Origin: Macrostomum hystrix
Taxonomy: Eukaryota; Animalia; Platyhelminthes
DNA: 64,000 bases
Direction: 5' to 3'
NCBI GenBank assembly: GCA_950097015.1
Contig: CATNEN010000001.1
Coordinates: forward strand, 22,320,001 to 22,384,000
This document shows, in pieces, positions 13,140-25,900 of the stretch. The position numbers and the translations under genes were made by a program. How positions within the stretch are numbered: position 1 is the stretch's first letter; each line of letters begins with the position of its first letter. Below the pieces are notes generated by a model. That model did no database searches. It was not told the origin of the DNA and saw nothing but the letters and a program-made list of their open reading frames with translations.

Positions 13140-13437
13140 TGTTGAATTTAGTAACGAATAATTAAAGTTACTTTTTTGCTACTGGTAGAGTTTCGTTACT
13201 TAAAGCAAGGTGACTAGAACAAACGTTAACAATCGTTACTTTCCGTTACTTAGAAGTGAAATTATGAGGATATAAAATTCTTTTTGTTTTATGCACCAAA
13301 TTTTCAATAAGTAACGAGTAAAAAGTAACGACTAAAGCGCTACTTTTTCAAACCCGTGAAATTAAGTGTAAAAGTAACGAAAAAAGTAACGATGCCCAAC
13401 ACCGTAAAAGAAAACGGCTCTGAGAATAATCGTTACT
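13140..13437. repeat. Dispersed GTAACG/CGTTAC-rich repeat (likely DNA-transposon relic), related to 16600-16980
   Basis: Recurrent AATCGTTACT/AGTAACGA motifs; end-like GTAACGATGCCCAACAC at 13386-13402. Confidence 0.5.
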
Positions 13438-13907
13438 CCACAGCGGCCGGCTGCAGCGGACTCATCAGAGAGGTCATCGGAGAATGCGGGCCAGCATCGG
13501 CTCCTGGCGAGGAGACGCCGCTCTCCGTGTTCTCATCCTTGGCGCCGGAGCCGGAGTCGGTTCGCAGACCGGATCCGCTGGCTGCCGAAGAGTCGGCGGC
13601 AGCGGATGCGGCAGCATCAGCGGCCATCGTGGCGGAATAGATGGTCTCACCGCCGACTGTCCGCTTGGACGCGGCGGCGGCCGCAAGCCTGGCTCGAACC
13701 TCGGCTAGGCGAGTCTCCACGTTGCTGGCTAGAAGGGCCGGATGGTCGACGTCTTCGTCCTGCTCTTCGTCGATAATAATATCCGATTGGAATTCCGCGG
13801 CCGCGGGAGACTCGCAACCTTGCCGCTGTTGATTCTCGTGCTGGCTGGTCAGAGCTGTTGTCGACTCCGACCGACTGTCGCTGGTTGGACTCGAGTCAAT
13901 GAGGCAT
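13433..13907 (-). CDS. MAP7-like terminal exon J
   Basis: ATCCAG|A completes the phase-2 codon; TAA at 13433-13435. Confidence 0.75.
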
Positions 13908-16900
13908 CTGGATGGATGGGTGCAGGTGGATGACAGATTGCTGGCATGTACTTTTGACTGCCAACTGCCAATCATTATCTACTTGCTTGCAATACTCATA
14001 TGTACCTGTTGTCTCCACTCTCTATCTACATGCTGTCTACCTGTCTACCAGTTGTCTCCCTTATCTAACAGTTGTCTCCCTTATCTAACAGTTGTCTCCC
14101 TTATCTAACAGTTGTCTCCCTTATCTAACAGTTGTCTCCCCTGTCTACCAGTTGTCTACTCTATCTACCTGTCGTCCCCTCACTATATCTACCTGTCTAC
14201 CAGTTGTCTCCCTTATCTACCAGCTATCTCCCCTGTCTACCAGTTGTCTCCCTTATCTACCAGCTATCTCCCCTGTCTACCAGTTGTCTCCCTTATCTAC
14301 CAGCTATCTCCCCTGTCTACCAGTTGTCTCCCGTCTACCAGATGTCTCCCCTGTCTACCAGTATTATTCTCCCATAACCTACACCAGATCCCAGCAGAAA
14401 ACTTACCTGGATGGCTGCTGCTCGTGCAGCGGCAGTCTCGGCGTTGCGGGCTGTCCTACAGCGGTGCCGGTGTGTCGGGCCAATATCTCGGCGGCTTTTG
14501 TGCCCTTCAATTTGCCGGCAGCCACCAGGCGAGCCAGGGCGAGATTGCTGCTGCTGCTGCTGTTGCTGATTGTGCTACTAACAGCAGGATTGGGCCCATT
14601 CAGACCAGTAGCGGTCATGGAGGCTGACATGCTGGGAGTCGATGCGAAACCATTCATAGTTGAAGCGGTCATTGCGCCGGTGTACAGCATGGAGGTGGAC
14701 ATCAGGGACTTGGGCGTCTCGTCAACAGCCGGCATGGGCATCTGCGGCTCCGCTGGAGCGCTGACAGCGCCGCTAGCAACTGCCGGCTGCTCATCGGAGA
14801 CTGTCAGGCCAGCTGGGGTGGTCTTGACCCGGTGCATGATCGACTCCAGTTTGCGACGGCGTTCACGACGCTCGGCCTCTTCGCGCTCTCGGGCCTTCTG
14901 GGCCGCGACTTCAGCCTGACGGGTGAGACAGCGGAACAGTTGCGAATCTCTATTTTTTAAAATAAAAGTTTAACTTACAATGCTAATTCTCACGAGCTAA
15001 AATATAACTTTTAAATCTTAACCTTACCGCATCCCTCAAAATCCTTTTTTAAAATCTCATCCCTCAAAATTTCAAAATCTCATCCCTCAAAATCCCGTTT
15101 CAAAATCTCATCCCTCAAAATCCTGTTTCAAAATCTCATCCCTCAAAATCCTGTTTCAAAATCTCATCCCTCAAAATCCTGTTTCAAAATCTCATCCCTC
15201 AAAATCCTGTTTTAAAATCTCATCCCTCAAAATCCTGTTTCAAAATCTCATCCCTCAAAATCCTGTTTCAAAATCTCATCCCTCAAAATCCTGTTTTAAA
15301 ATCTCATCCCTCAAAATCCTGTTTTAAAATCTCATCCCTCAAAATCCTGTTTTAAAATCTCATCCCTCAAAATCCTGTTTCAAAATCTCATCCCTCAAAA
15401 TCCTGTTTTAAAATCTCATCCCTCAAAATCCTGTTTTAAAATCTCATCCCTCAAAATCCTGTTTCAAAATCTCATCCCTCAAAATCCTGTTTCAAAATCT
15501 CATCCTTCAGAATCCTACTTCAAAATCTCATTCCTCAAAATCCTACTTCCAAATCTCATCCCTCAAAATCCTACTTCCAAATCTCATCCCTCAAAATCCT
15601 ACTTCCAAATCTCATCCCTCAAAATCCTACTTACAAATCTCATTCCTCAAAATCCTACTTCCAAATCTCATCCCTCAAAACCCTACTTCCAAATCTCATC
15701 CCTCAAAATCCTACTTCCAAATCTCATCCCTTAAAATCCTGCTTCAAAATCTCATTCCTCAAAATCTACTTCCAAATCTCATCCCTCAAAATCCTACTTC
15801 CAAATCTCATCCCTCAAAATCCTACTTCCAAATCTCATCCCTTAAAATCCTGCTTCAAAATCTCATTCCTCAAAATCTTACTTCCAAATCTCATCCCTCA
15901 AAATGCAGTTCCAAAACCTCATCCCTTAAAATTCAATTCCAGGAAACAGCGATTCATCCCCAGCCTTAAAACCCAGCTCAGATGTGCTCACCGCCCTCCT
16001 CTCCTCCTCCTCTCTCATCTGAGATTCTTCCGCTTCGCGACGAGCCGCCTCAGCAGCGGCCGCCTTCGCGGCCAGTCGAGCAGCTTCAGCGGCGGCGGCC
16101 TCCTCGGCGGCCCTGGCCTCAGCCACGGCAGCTTCGGCTTCGCGGCGCCGCAGCTCCTCGGCCCGTCGGCGACGGAATTCTTCTTCGGCTCGCTTGTCGG
16201 CCTCGGCGCGCTCTCGGTGCAGCCGGCGCTGCTCCTCAAATCGACGCTTCGCCTCGGCGGCGGCTTCGGCTGCGGCCGCAGCTTCAGAGTCGTGGATCTC
16301 GACAGCAGCAGCATCAGTTGACGGAGAAGCCTTGTCAGACTCTTCAACTGGCTTAACAAGGTTTGACTGCGGCGGTTCTGGAAGCTTCAACTCCTGCGCA
16401 GACTGAGACTTGGGCACGGAGACTGCTGGTGCTGGCAAAGCTGGCGCTGAAGGCTTCGAAGAGCCGCCGTCAGTTTTGACGCTGTTGCCAGGCGCGGGCG
16501 CCTTGGGTCGAGAACGAACCACCGTGGAACTTCCAGCTGATGACGGCACCACTTCTGCCTGCTCGAATTTAAATATACAACAATTAATACAAATTAGTAG
16601 GAACGTTACGTTACAAATCACTGCACGTAACAATTCGTTACTTTTTACTAATCGTTACTTTGTACAATTCGTTAATTTTAACAATATTTCAACTTTTAAT
16701 GACAAATTGCTACTTTTTACAAATCACTGCACATAACAAGTCGTTACTTTTTACTAATCGTTACTTTGTACAATTCGTTACTTTTTAGAAATCACTAATT
16801 TGAACGATTTGCTACTTAGTACAAATCGCTACTTTTTCCGAAGCACTACTTTTGAACATATCGCTACTTTGTAGCAACTGCAATTTTTTTAACTCTAGAA

Positions 16901-19900
16901 ACGATTATAGCTAGTTTCAGCTTTGTTTTTTTTTGTCGTTACTCTCTATAGAACGTTACTTATTTTATTTGCTATAAAAAATAAGAAATACTACTTTGGA
17001 AAATCCGTTAACGTTAATTAAAACGTTTGTCTGTAAATGAACTAAGTATTAAATTGGTAATTTGAATACTTCATAGATGCTATTTGATAACTTTTAGAAA
17101 TAAACGATGGAAGCTCGTATTTCATACTCATTCTTAGCAAAGATTTTTGACAACAAGCAATTTAAAATAAGCATGCTTAGTATCACAATATCACAATTAC
17201 ATGAGATGTGTTAATTTTATAATCAGTTAAAGCCAAATAGTAAACAACATGGGGCTTAAAATTAAATTGTGCTTAAGCGCATGCAAAAAATTCTTATATA
17301 ACTACTTAAAAAATCATTGTAAGTAGCGTATACGAGTATGACATGAATTTCTGAGCATGACACAAACCTTTAATACTGGCTTTTTCACCAGAACAGGAGG
17401 GTTGGTGCTTGAGCCGTAAGCTGGCCGATGATTTACTCGATTCTGTATGAACACCATAGAAAATGTGGCGTCCAGTAATTTTGCTCGTCGTATAGAAAAC
17501 AACCTAGATGATGTAGCTAGCGAATGCTTACTTAATGATCACGAATGCATCTAATCGCCTAATAGCAAGTTTCTCTGTGTTTCTATGTACAGTCACTAAA
17601 ATACGTTTAGGTCATTTGATTATAGTCATTATAGTCATAACCACATATAATCAGTCATTGAATTAGTCATGAACAACTATAACCAGTCATTTGATAGGTC
17701 ATGACCACATATAACCAGTCATTATATTGTTCAAAACCACATAAATCAGTCATATGATAGGTCATAACCACCCATAACCAGTCATTTGATTGGTCATAAC
17801 CACAAAAACCAGTCATTTGATTGGTCATAACCACAAAAACCAGTCATTTGATTGGTCATAACCACATAAACCAGTCATTGAATTGACCAGAATTGACCAC
17901 AAAAGTGCAAACCAAGGCAGTCACAACCGGCTCACCATTTTATTCTTCAAAGTATTCCTTGATGCCGCAGCAGCTGCTGGCAGTTCAACCATGGATTTGG
18001 TCATTGCATTTGAATCTGGTGCGGTAGCTGAAGGTGCACTAGCTGCGGCAACTCTGCTAGTTCTCAACGGTTTGGCCTTTGACAGCGACTGCTGACGCTG
18101 TTCAATGGTTGAAGCTGTCATACGACTGCTCATGGGTAGAGTTAGCTCGGATGAAGAAGCCTGCTTGCTAGACGCGGCTGTCCTTCCCGCGTGACTGACC
18201 CGAGCAGCATGAGCTGGTCGCTGATGCTGCTTCGCTGGCGCAGCGGCAGCTGAGAATGGGACAGTAGCAAATGTACTTTTAATGCCGCTGAGAGGGAATG
18301 AGTTGAGTCTGATATACAGACTGGCACTTACACTAGTCAAACAGCAGGCTAAATACTCCCAATAAGCTAATGTGCGCAAGGATATTAATGGGGTAATATT
18401 ATCCCATGATGCATCAGGGGGTCAGACTTGAGTAAGAAAAACATGAACAGAATTAGTTTTTCCTGATGCTGAGAGATATTACAGTGTGTAACAGCCGCTA
18501 TGCTCAATTATGATCTCTATTGCTTCGATTTCTAATGCAAATAATACAAACAATCAACCACCCTTTCTCCCTCTACCCCTCTCAATCTCACACTCTCCCT
18601 CTCAATCTCCCACTCTCCCTCTCAATCTCCCACTCTCCCTCTCAATCTCCCACTCTCCCTCTCAATCTCCCACTCTCCCTCTCAATCTCCCACTCTCCCT
18701 CTCAATCTCCCACTCTCCCTCTCAATCTCACACTCTCCCTCTCTCGATCTCAATCTCCCACTCTCCCTCTCAATCTCCCACTCTCCCTCTCAATCTCCCA
18801 CTCTCCCTCTCAATCTCCCACTCTCCCTCTCAATCTCCCACTCTCCCTCTCAATCTCCCACTCTCCCTCTCAATCTCCCACTCTCCCTCTCAATCTCCCA
18901 CTCTCCCTCTCAATCTCCCACTCTCCCTCTCAATCTCCCACTCTCCCTCTCAATCTCCCACTCTCCCTCTCAATCTCACACTCTCCCTCTCAATCTCACA
19001 CTCTCCCTCTCTCAATCTCCCACTCTCTCTCTCAATCTCCCACTCTCCCTCTCAATCTCACACTCTCCCTCTCAATCTCACACTCTCCCTCTCTCGATCT
19101 CAATCTCCCTCTCAATCTCCCACTCTCCCTCTCAATCTCCCACTCTCCCTCTCAATCTCCCCCTCTCCCTCTCAATCTCACACTCTCCCACTCTCCCTCT
19201 CAATCTCCCACTCTCCCTCTCAATCCGCCCCTCTCCCTCTCAATCTCCCACTCTCCCTCTCAATCCCCTACTCACCCGAATCCACTGAGCTGCTCAAATC
19301 GACAGCCGACTTAGCAACCGATTTGCTATTCTGGCTTTTTCTTCTGATCACAGAAGCAGCAGCAGCAGCAGTGTCTGCACAGCTGCCAGTGGACATGATG
19401 GAAGAGTCCATCACGGTGAGAGCTTTGTCGCGAGACCGAGTCACTGCAAATTAGCAGAGTGTGGCTTAAAAAATCAGCAAGACAGTGAGAAAAGGGCTGG
19501 AGGATTTTGATCCCTACAGCATGTTAGAATAAAAAGCTAAAGCGAAGACGTAGAAACACGCGATTGGCGGCGGAAGCTTTACTGTTCACTGTTACAAGGC
19601 GTGTCCCATCATGTTAGGATTGTGGTAATAATGGTCAAGCAAGTAGCTTGGTTATATGAAATACTCGTACTAATGAGTGATATTGATTCCAATTTCTACT
19701 ACTGATCGAACACACACATCTACTGACACTGCCATCACCTCTGAATCTCTATCTCCTATATTTCACCTCTGAATCTCTATCTCCTATATTTAATCCCTCT
19801 CCTCTTCCTAATATCCGTCTTCTCTTCCTAATATCCCTCTCCTCTTCCTAATATCCGTCTTCTCTTCCTAATATCCCTCTCCTCTTCCTAATATCCCTCT

Positions 19901-22900
19901 CCTCTTCCTAATATCCCTCTCCTCTTCTTAATATCCCTCTCCTCTTCCTAATATCCGTCTTCTCTTCCTAATATCCCTCTCCTCTTCCTAATATCTCTCT
20001 CCTCTTCCTAATATCCCTCTCCTCTTCTTAATATCCCTCTCCTCTTCCTAATATCCGTCTTCTCTTCCTAATATCCCTCTCCTCTTCCTAATATCCCTCT
20101 CCTCTTCCTAATATCCGTCTTCTCTTCCTAATATCCCTCTCCTCTTCCTAATATCCGTCTTCTCTTCCTAATATCCCTCTCCTCTTCCTAATATCCGTCT
20201 TCTCTTCCTAATATCCGTCTTCTCTTCCTAATATCCCTCTCCTCTTCCTAATATCCGTCTTCTCTTCCTAATATCCCTCTCCTCTTCCTAATATCCCTTT
20301 CCCAATCCTTATATCCCTCTCCCATTCCTAATATCCCTCTCCTCTTCCTAATATCCCTCTCCTCTTCCTAATATCCCTCTCCTCTTCCTAATATCTGTCT
20401 TCTCTTCCTAATATCCCTCTCCCCTTCCTAATATTCCTTTCCCATTCAAAATATCCCTCTCCCATTCCTAATATCCCTCTTCCATTCCTAATATCCCTCT
20501 CCCATTCCTAACATCCCTCTCCCATTCCTAATATCCCTCTCCCATTCCTAATATCCCTCTCCTCTTCCTAATATCCCTCTCCCATTCTTAATATCCCTCT
20601 CCCATTCCTAATATCCCTCTCCCATTCCTAATATCCATCTCCCATTCCTAATATCCCTCTCCCATTCCTAATATCCCTCTCCCATTCCTAATATCTCTCT
20701 CCTCTTCCTAATATCCCTCTCCCATTCCTAATATCTCTCTCCTCTTCCTAATATCCCTCTCCCATTCCTAATATCCCTCTCCCATTCCTAATATCCCTCT
20801 CCCATTCCTAATATCCCTCTCCTCTTCCTAATATCCCTCTCCCATTCCTAATCTATATTTTCAATAGAAAATTGAAAATATATTTTCTATATTTCAAATA
20901 TGTTTCAAATCTATATTTTCAATACTTCAAACTCAAAGTTTCAATTGTAGTTAATATTTGCAGAACAAATCAAAATGAACAGTTCAGGATTTTGCGAAAA
21001 TAATTGTTGGAAAATTTCAATTCCCTTGGCAACTTCAGGGACACTAAAACTGGTTAGCGGAAAAGTGCAAAAAAAATAAATGAACTATCTGATAAGACAA
21101 GAATGATAATAAAAATTTCTGCTTCCGGGAGAGACAAAAAATTTTTCGCAAGGGAAGTGAGTGGAGATGGGATAATTGAATTAGCTGCGGATGGTATCCA
21201 GGATTTGAAATGAGAAACTAGAAAAGAACGCGTGCCACGAATTCAAGAGGAAGAAATAGCACACTTTCCTAAATGTTCTCAGCGTATTGGTGGAATTTTT
21301 GATTGTGCAAGGTTCTCTCTTTAAAGCACCCACTACTTTAGCCTAACCACATTTACTGCTGGCATTGAATACAAAACCAAGTTGAGGAAAAAAGCTCCTA
21401 AATCTCGCCTTAAGTAATCTCACCCTAAAATCTCACCCTAAGGTCACAAACTCAAAAATCTCACCCTAAGGACAAAGACTCTAAAATCTCACCCTCAGGA
21501 CAAAAATTACAAAATCTCATCTTAGGGACACAATCTCCAAAATCTCACCCTAAGGACAAAGACTCCAAAATCTCACCCTAAGGTCACAAATTCCAAAATC
21601 TCACCCTATAAGGATACTAACTACAAAATCTCACCCTAAGGGCACAAATTCCAAAATCTCACCCTAAAGGGCACAGATTCCAAAATCTCACCCTAAGGAC
21701 ACAGACTCCAAAATCTCACCCTAAGGACACAGACTCCAAAATCTCACCCTAAGGACACAGACTCCAAAATCTCACCCTAAGGACACAGACTCCAAAATCT
21801 CACCCTAAGGACACAGACTCCAAAATCTCACCCTAAGGACACAGACTCCAAAATCTCACCCTAAGGACACAGACTCCAAAATCTCACCCTAAGGTCACAA
21901 ATTACAAAATCTCACCCTAAGGACAAAGACTCCAAAATCTCACACTGAGGACACAAACTCAAAAATCCCATCTTATGGACAAAGACTCGTAAATCTCACC
22001 CAAAAGAGAAAAAGCTCAAAATACTCATACTACTTACTGAGTAGCTAGTAAACTACCAAAATAGTTCTTTATGTTGACCATAGTGCTGATTAAATATTAC
22101 TTCAAATCATAAGAATGTTTTATTAAATACAGAGGCTAGCTGTGATTGGTTTTAGATGAATTTCTGCCAACGCATAGCCTGATTAGAACACTTTCTGTTT
22201 ACCAATAACACTGCTGATCATGCAGTCTGCATGAAGCATTGATTCCAGCACATCCGAGGTCAAACTACAGGTCATGCCGTGCATTGACTGCTGCATCCAG
22301 GGCTGCTCTGAACTGCTCAACACTGATCACAAAGAGCAGAGGTGTGCGAATAAATCTGACAGCTGTCACTCATCTCTGAATATTTCTAGGAAATGTACAA
22401 AGAAATGCAAGCAATTTATATTTATATTCACTCTTAAAAATGAGTGAGTAAGATCTGATCTAGAGGGTTTTGATCTATAGGGAACTGATCTATAGGGATT
22501 TGATCTTTAGGGATCTGATCTATAGGGATCTGATCTATAGGGATCTGATCTATAGGGATTTGATCTAAAGGGATCTGATCTATAGGGATATGATCTATAG
22601 GGATCTGATCTATAGGGATCTGATCTATAGGGATTTGATCTTTAGGGATCTGATCTATAGGGATCTGATCTATAGGGATCTGATCTATAGGGATCTGATC
22701 TATAGGGATTTGATCTTTAGGGATCTGATCTATAGGGATCTGATCTATAGGGATCTGATCTATATGGATTTGATCTATAGGGATCTGATCTATAGGGATA
22801 TGATCTATAGGGATCTGATCTATAGGGATCTGATCTATAGGGATCTGATCTAGAGGGTTCTGATCTAGAGGGTTTTGATCTAGAGGGATCTGATCTATAG

Positions 22901-25900
22901 GGATCTGATCTAGAAGGTTTTGATCTAGAGGGTTTTGATCTATGGGGATCTGATCTAGAGGGTTTTGATCTATGGGGATCTGATCTATAGGGATCTGATC
23001 TATAGGGATCTGATCTATAGGGATCTGATCTATAGGGATCTGATCTATAGGGATCTGATCTATAGGGATTTGATCTATAGGGATCTGATCTAGAAGGTTT
23101 TGATCTAGAGGTTTTTGATCTATGGGGATCTGATCTAGAGGGTTTTGATCTATGGGGATCTGATCTATAGGGATCTGATCTATAGGGATCTGATCTATAG
23201 GGATCTGATCTATAGGGATTTGATCTATAGGGATCTGATCTAGAGGGTTCTGATCTAGAGGGCTTTGATCTAGAGGGATCTGATCTATAGGGATCTGATC
23301 TATAGGGAACTGACCTATAGGGTTTTATTGAGTTAAAGGCATTCAGATTACTGAACTGCAATCAAGGCCAATCAGCAAGAAATGAATGTTGCAAGTAAAC
23401 GGCAGCAATTTCATGCGTGATCACTTTAGAAGCAGCACTGCTTTGACATGCTTGATCAATCAGCATTTTTGCAGCTATAAATGCTTTTTTCCGAACTGTC
23501 GAGTGATTTACCGCGAAGGAACGGCGGCGGAGATGGCAGCCTGAGTGCCGCTTTCGGATATACGCGCAGCAGGCGAGGACACACTGCTTTCAAAATAATA
23601 TTTTCTGTTTAGTTGGCCATCATTATTTTTACAGTAGAATAAAAGGTGATCGACAACACGCAGTTTAAAGAAGCATTTAGCTCAAATAGCCACTTGTCAA
23701 AAAAACCAAAAGAGGAAAAACATATTTGAAGGTCGCTGAGGATTAGAAAATGGGCCAATCGGGGCTATTTACTTGGGATTAGAAAGGTATTAGGAGGAGG
23801 GGATTCAGAAGAGGGGAATAGGAAGAGGGATATAACAAAGGGGATTGAGAAAAATGATTAGGAAGGGCGATTCGGGAAGAGAAGATTAAGAGAGGAATAG
23901 GTAGAGGAGATTATGAAGAGGGGATTATGAAAAGTGGATTATGAAAGGGGGATTATGAAAAGGGGATTGGAAGAAGAGGGGATAATAAAAAGGGGATTAG
24001 AAGAGGGGATAATAAAAAGGGGATTAGAAGTGGGGATTATAAAAGGGATTACAAGAAGAGGGGATATTTAAAAAGGGATTGAGAAGAGAAGATAAGGAAG
24101 GGAGATTTGAGAAGAGAAGACTAAGACAGGATTAGGTATAGGAGATTATGAAAAGGGGATTTTAAAAGGGGGATTAGGAAGAGGCGATTAAAACATGGGA
24201 TTGGGAAAAGAGTATTAAGAAGAGCAAGAATGCAAGAAGCCAATTAAGCAGTAAAAACTCACCGCACACGCTGGCGCTCATACCGGAAGCCCTGCCGGCA
24301 TAGCTGACCGTCCGTCTCCCGGAGGCGTTGGTCTCAGCGGAGGCGGCCGCAGCGGTCAGCTCGCAGATATCCCTCGGCGTGCTGCTGCCGAAGGCGAACG
24401 CCATCCCAGAACGACCTCGGCGCTCCCGCTGTCGCTCAGCCGCCCGGCTCTCGCGCTCCGTTAGGCGGCGCAGGAGGGTGGCGCGCCGCTCGGATTCGGC
24501 CGCCTCCAGCCGGCGTCGACGCTCTTCAAAAACCCGACGACGCTCGGCGTCTCTGGCGCGGGCGGCTTCGATCCGGGCCCGCCTGGCCGCCTCCTGGCGC
24601 TGCCGAGCCTCCTCAGCCTGACGGTGGGCGGCCTCCAGCGCCTGCAGGCGGCGGCTGCGCTCCGCCTCGCGCTGCAGCCGGGCCTGTCGCAGCTTCTCGT
24701 CGCGCGACTGGTCTGCGAGGGTGTGGGGTTCGGTGTGGGGTTTAGTTTAGTGTTCAGTGTGGGGTTCAGTGTGGGGTTCAGTGTGGGGTTTAGTGTGGGG
24801 TTCAGTGTGGGGTTCAGTGTGGGGTTTAGTGTGGGGTTGGTGTGGGGTTCAGTGTGAGGTTTAGTGTGGGGTTCAGTGTGGGGTTCAGTGTGGGGTTCAG
24901 TGTGGGGTTCAGTGTGGGGTTTAGTGTGGGATTTAGTGTGGGGTTGGTTTGGGGTTCAGTGTGAGGTTTAGTGTGGGGTTTAGTGTGGGGTTTCGTGTGG
25001 GGTTTCGTGTGGGGTTCAGTGTGGGGTTCAGTGTGGGGTTCAGTGTGGGGTTCAGTGTGAGGTTTAGTGTGGGGTTTAGTGTGGGGTTCAGTGTGGGGTT
25101 TAGTGTGGGGTTCAGTGTGGGGTTTAGTGTGGGGTTCAGTGTGGGGTTTAGTGTGGGGTTCAGTGTGGGGTTCAGTGTGGGCTTGGTGTGGGGTTTGGTG
25201 TGGGTTTTACTATGGGTTTCAGTATGGGATTCCGTATGGGGCTTAGTGTGGGTTTTAATGCGATTTAGTTGAGGATTCAGTGTGGTATATTCGGAATGGG
25301 ATTTTATAAAGGACTAAGTCTGGGGCTTCGTGTAAGTTCTGGACCCGTTCAAATGAACTAAACAGAAAACTACTTTCAATGGAAAAAACACTGCTTTCTA
25401 CTATAAGTAGAACAGTTTAAGTAATTTTCAAGTACATTATTTAATTAAAACTTAGTCTAAAACCTAACATTTTTGTTATCCATCTCTACCAAACGCATAA
25501 ACAGTTTTAGCTGGAATAATTCACACTTACAATCTGAATGCTGAACTCGGGCTTATTCTATAAGAGACAGAAAATCAAGCTGAAAGTGTAATTTTGTCAC
25601 ACAGCAAGAGACCCTCAAATTTCTCACAGATACCGTCTGTAGCGAAATTGGCTGCCTGCAATGCTGCTACTTCTTTAAAAAAACTTTTGCTCCTACGACC
25701 TCGTCTCGCCGGGGCCATCGCGAAAGGGAAAATAAAAATGCCTACAAAATTGCACACATCACTGTCCCGTCTTTCCTTTCTATCCTGCCAGGCGAATTTC
25801 GGTGTCTGGCCCAAGGCCACTGAATAGCGCAATGATTGTCCGCGTTCTAAAATGTACTTTTATTCATAAGGGCTTCGGATGGATGCAAAGGAATTCGGTG

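Noticed and set aside
14055-14300. AGATAAG GATA sites in the 20-bp intronic array
   Set aside because: A single 7-mer multiplied by array expansion; no independent evidence of function
18510-19454. 314-aa Ser/Pro/Leu ORF and similar repeat ORFs (22.7, 27.3, 35.3, 42.1, 50.4, 58.5, 60-61 kb)
   Set aside because: All are translations of minisatellites
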